DNA of 64,000 nucleotides, from assembly GCA_963715635.1 (NCBI GenBank), contig OY970261.1, positions 1,086,438 to 1,150,437 on the forward strand, given 5' to 3'. This stretch comes from Candidatus Aminicenantes bacterium (GTDB taxonomy: Bacteria > Acidobacteriota > Aminicenantia > Aminicenantales > UBA4085). The notes beneath the pieces are model-generated. The model saw only the letters and a program-made list of their open reading frames with translations. It was not told the DNA's origin and searched no databases. The translations under genes and the position numbers were made by a program. Of this stretch, positions 63,852 to 64,000 are shown in pieces (position 1 is the first letter of the stretch; every line of letters starts with the position of its first letter).

Positions 63852-64000
63852 ATGCATAAAAAAGTCCTAAGCTTATTTTGTCTTTTGGCCTTGGTTTTCG
63901 GCCTGGCCGCCTTGGCACTCGCCCAGGAGCAGGCAGCTGAAACCAAGAGTGAAGTTCCCGAGCTGACGGCCTTCCATGAAATCATCTATCCCATCTGGCA
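63852..64000 (+). CDS. secreted protein, 5' partial (runs off window end)
   Basis: ATG 63852 then MHKKVLSLFCLLALVFGLAALALAQEQ signal peptide. Truncated by the window boundary. Confidence 0.5.
   Translation, partial: MHKKVLSLFCLLALVFGLAALALAQEQAAETKSEVPELTAFHEIIYPIW

Overview
This is a 64 kb GC-rich bacterial chromosomal segment. Antisense shadow ORFs are abundant, which is typical of high-GC DNA. It is densely packed with about 48 convincing protein-coding genes and very short intergenic spacers. I saw no rRNA, tRNA, CRISPR array, transposase, integrase or phage genes. The coding content is dominated by secreted or periplasmic peptidases: two tandem C69 dipeptidases, an AstE/AspA-type deacylase, an LdtD-like L,D-transpeptidase, oligopeptidase B, an S9 peptidase, a GGT-family enzyme, an HtrA-like protease, an S12 beta-lactamase-family hydrolase, and a large gluzincin-propeller-beta-barrel fusion. 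Glycan-degrading enzymes are also numerous: GH29 fucosidase, a GH-D-like alpha-galactosidase, GH3 with PA14, GHL10, a CBM9-like protein, GH127-like and GH38. Transporters, an ECF sigma/anti-sigma operon, an eukaryotic-like Ser/Thr kinase with TPR repeats, and a large two-component block with a 1550-aa multi-PAS hybrid kinase and an HD-GYP regulator are also present. The content fits a protein- and glycan-scavenging heterotroph, perhaps Acidobacteria-like, though taxonomy is not determinable here. The most interesting items are listed below.
- A three-gene 3-keto (oxidative) glycoside-cleavage-like locus at 20122-24310, in which the xylose-isomerase-like TIM barrel is fused to DUF1080.
- A family of about 66-bp REP-like palindromes at 69-138, 2588-2654 and 27801-27866. 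They sit immediately 3' of stop codons, show compensatory stem changes, and carry an orientation-consistent GGGGA loop motif.
- An unusual outer-membrane gluzincin-propeller-barrel protein at 44071-47196.
- A B12-binding sensor-like protein, without a DNA-binding domain, translationally coupled to a MacB-type ABC efflux system.
- A plus-strand intrinsic-terminator-like hairpin with T8 inside a divergent intergenic region (24529-24569), which is a candidate sRNA or attenuator.
- A frameshifted beta-lactamase-family gene at 57901-59107.
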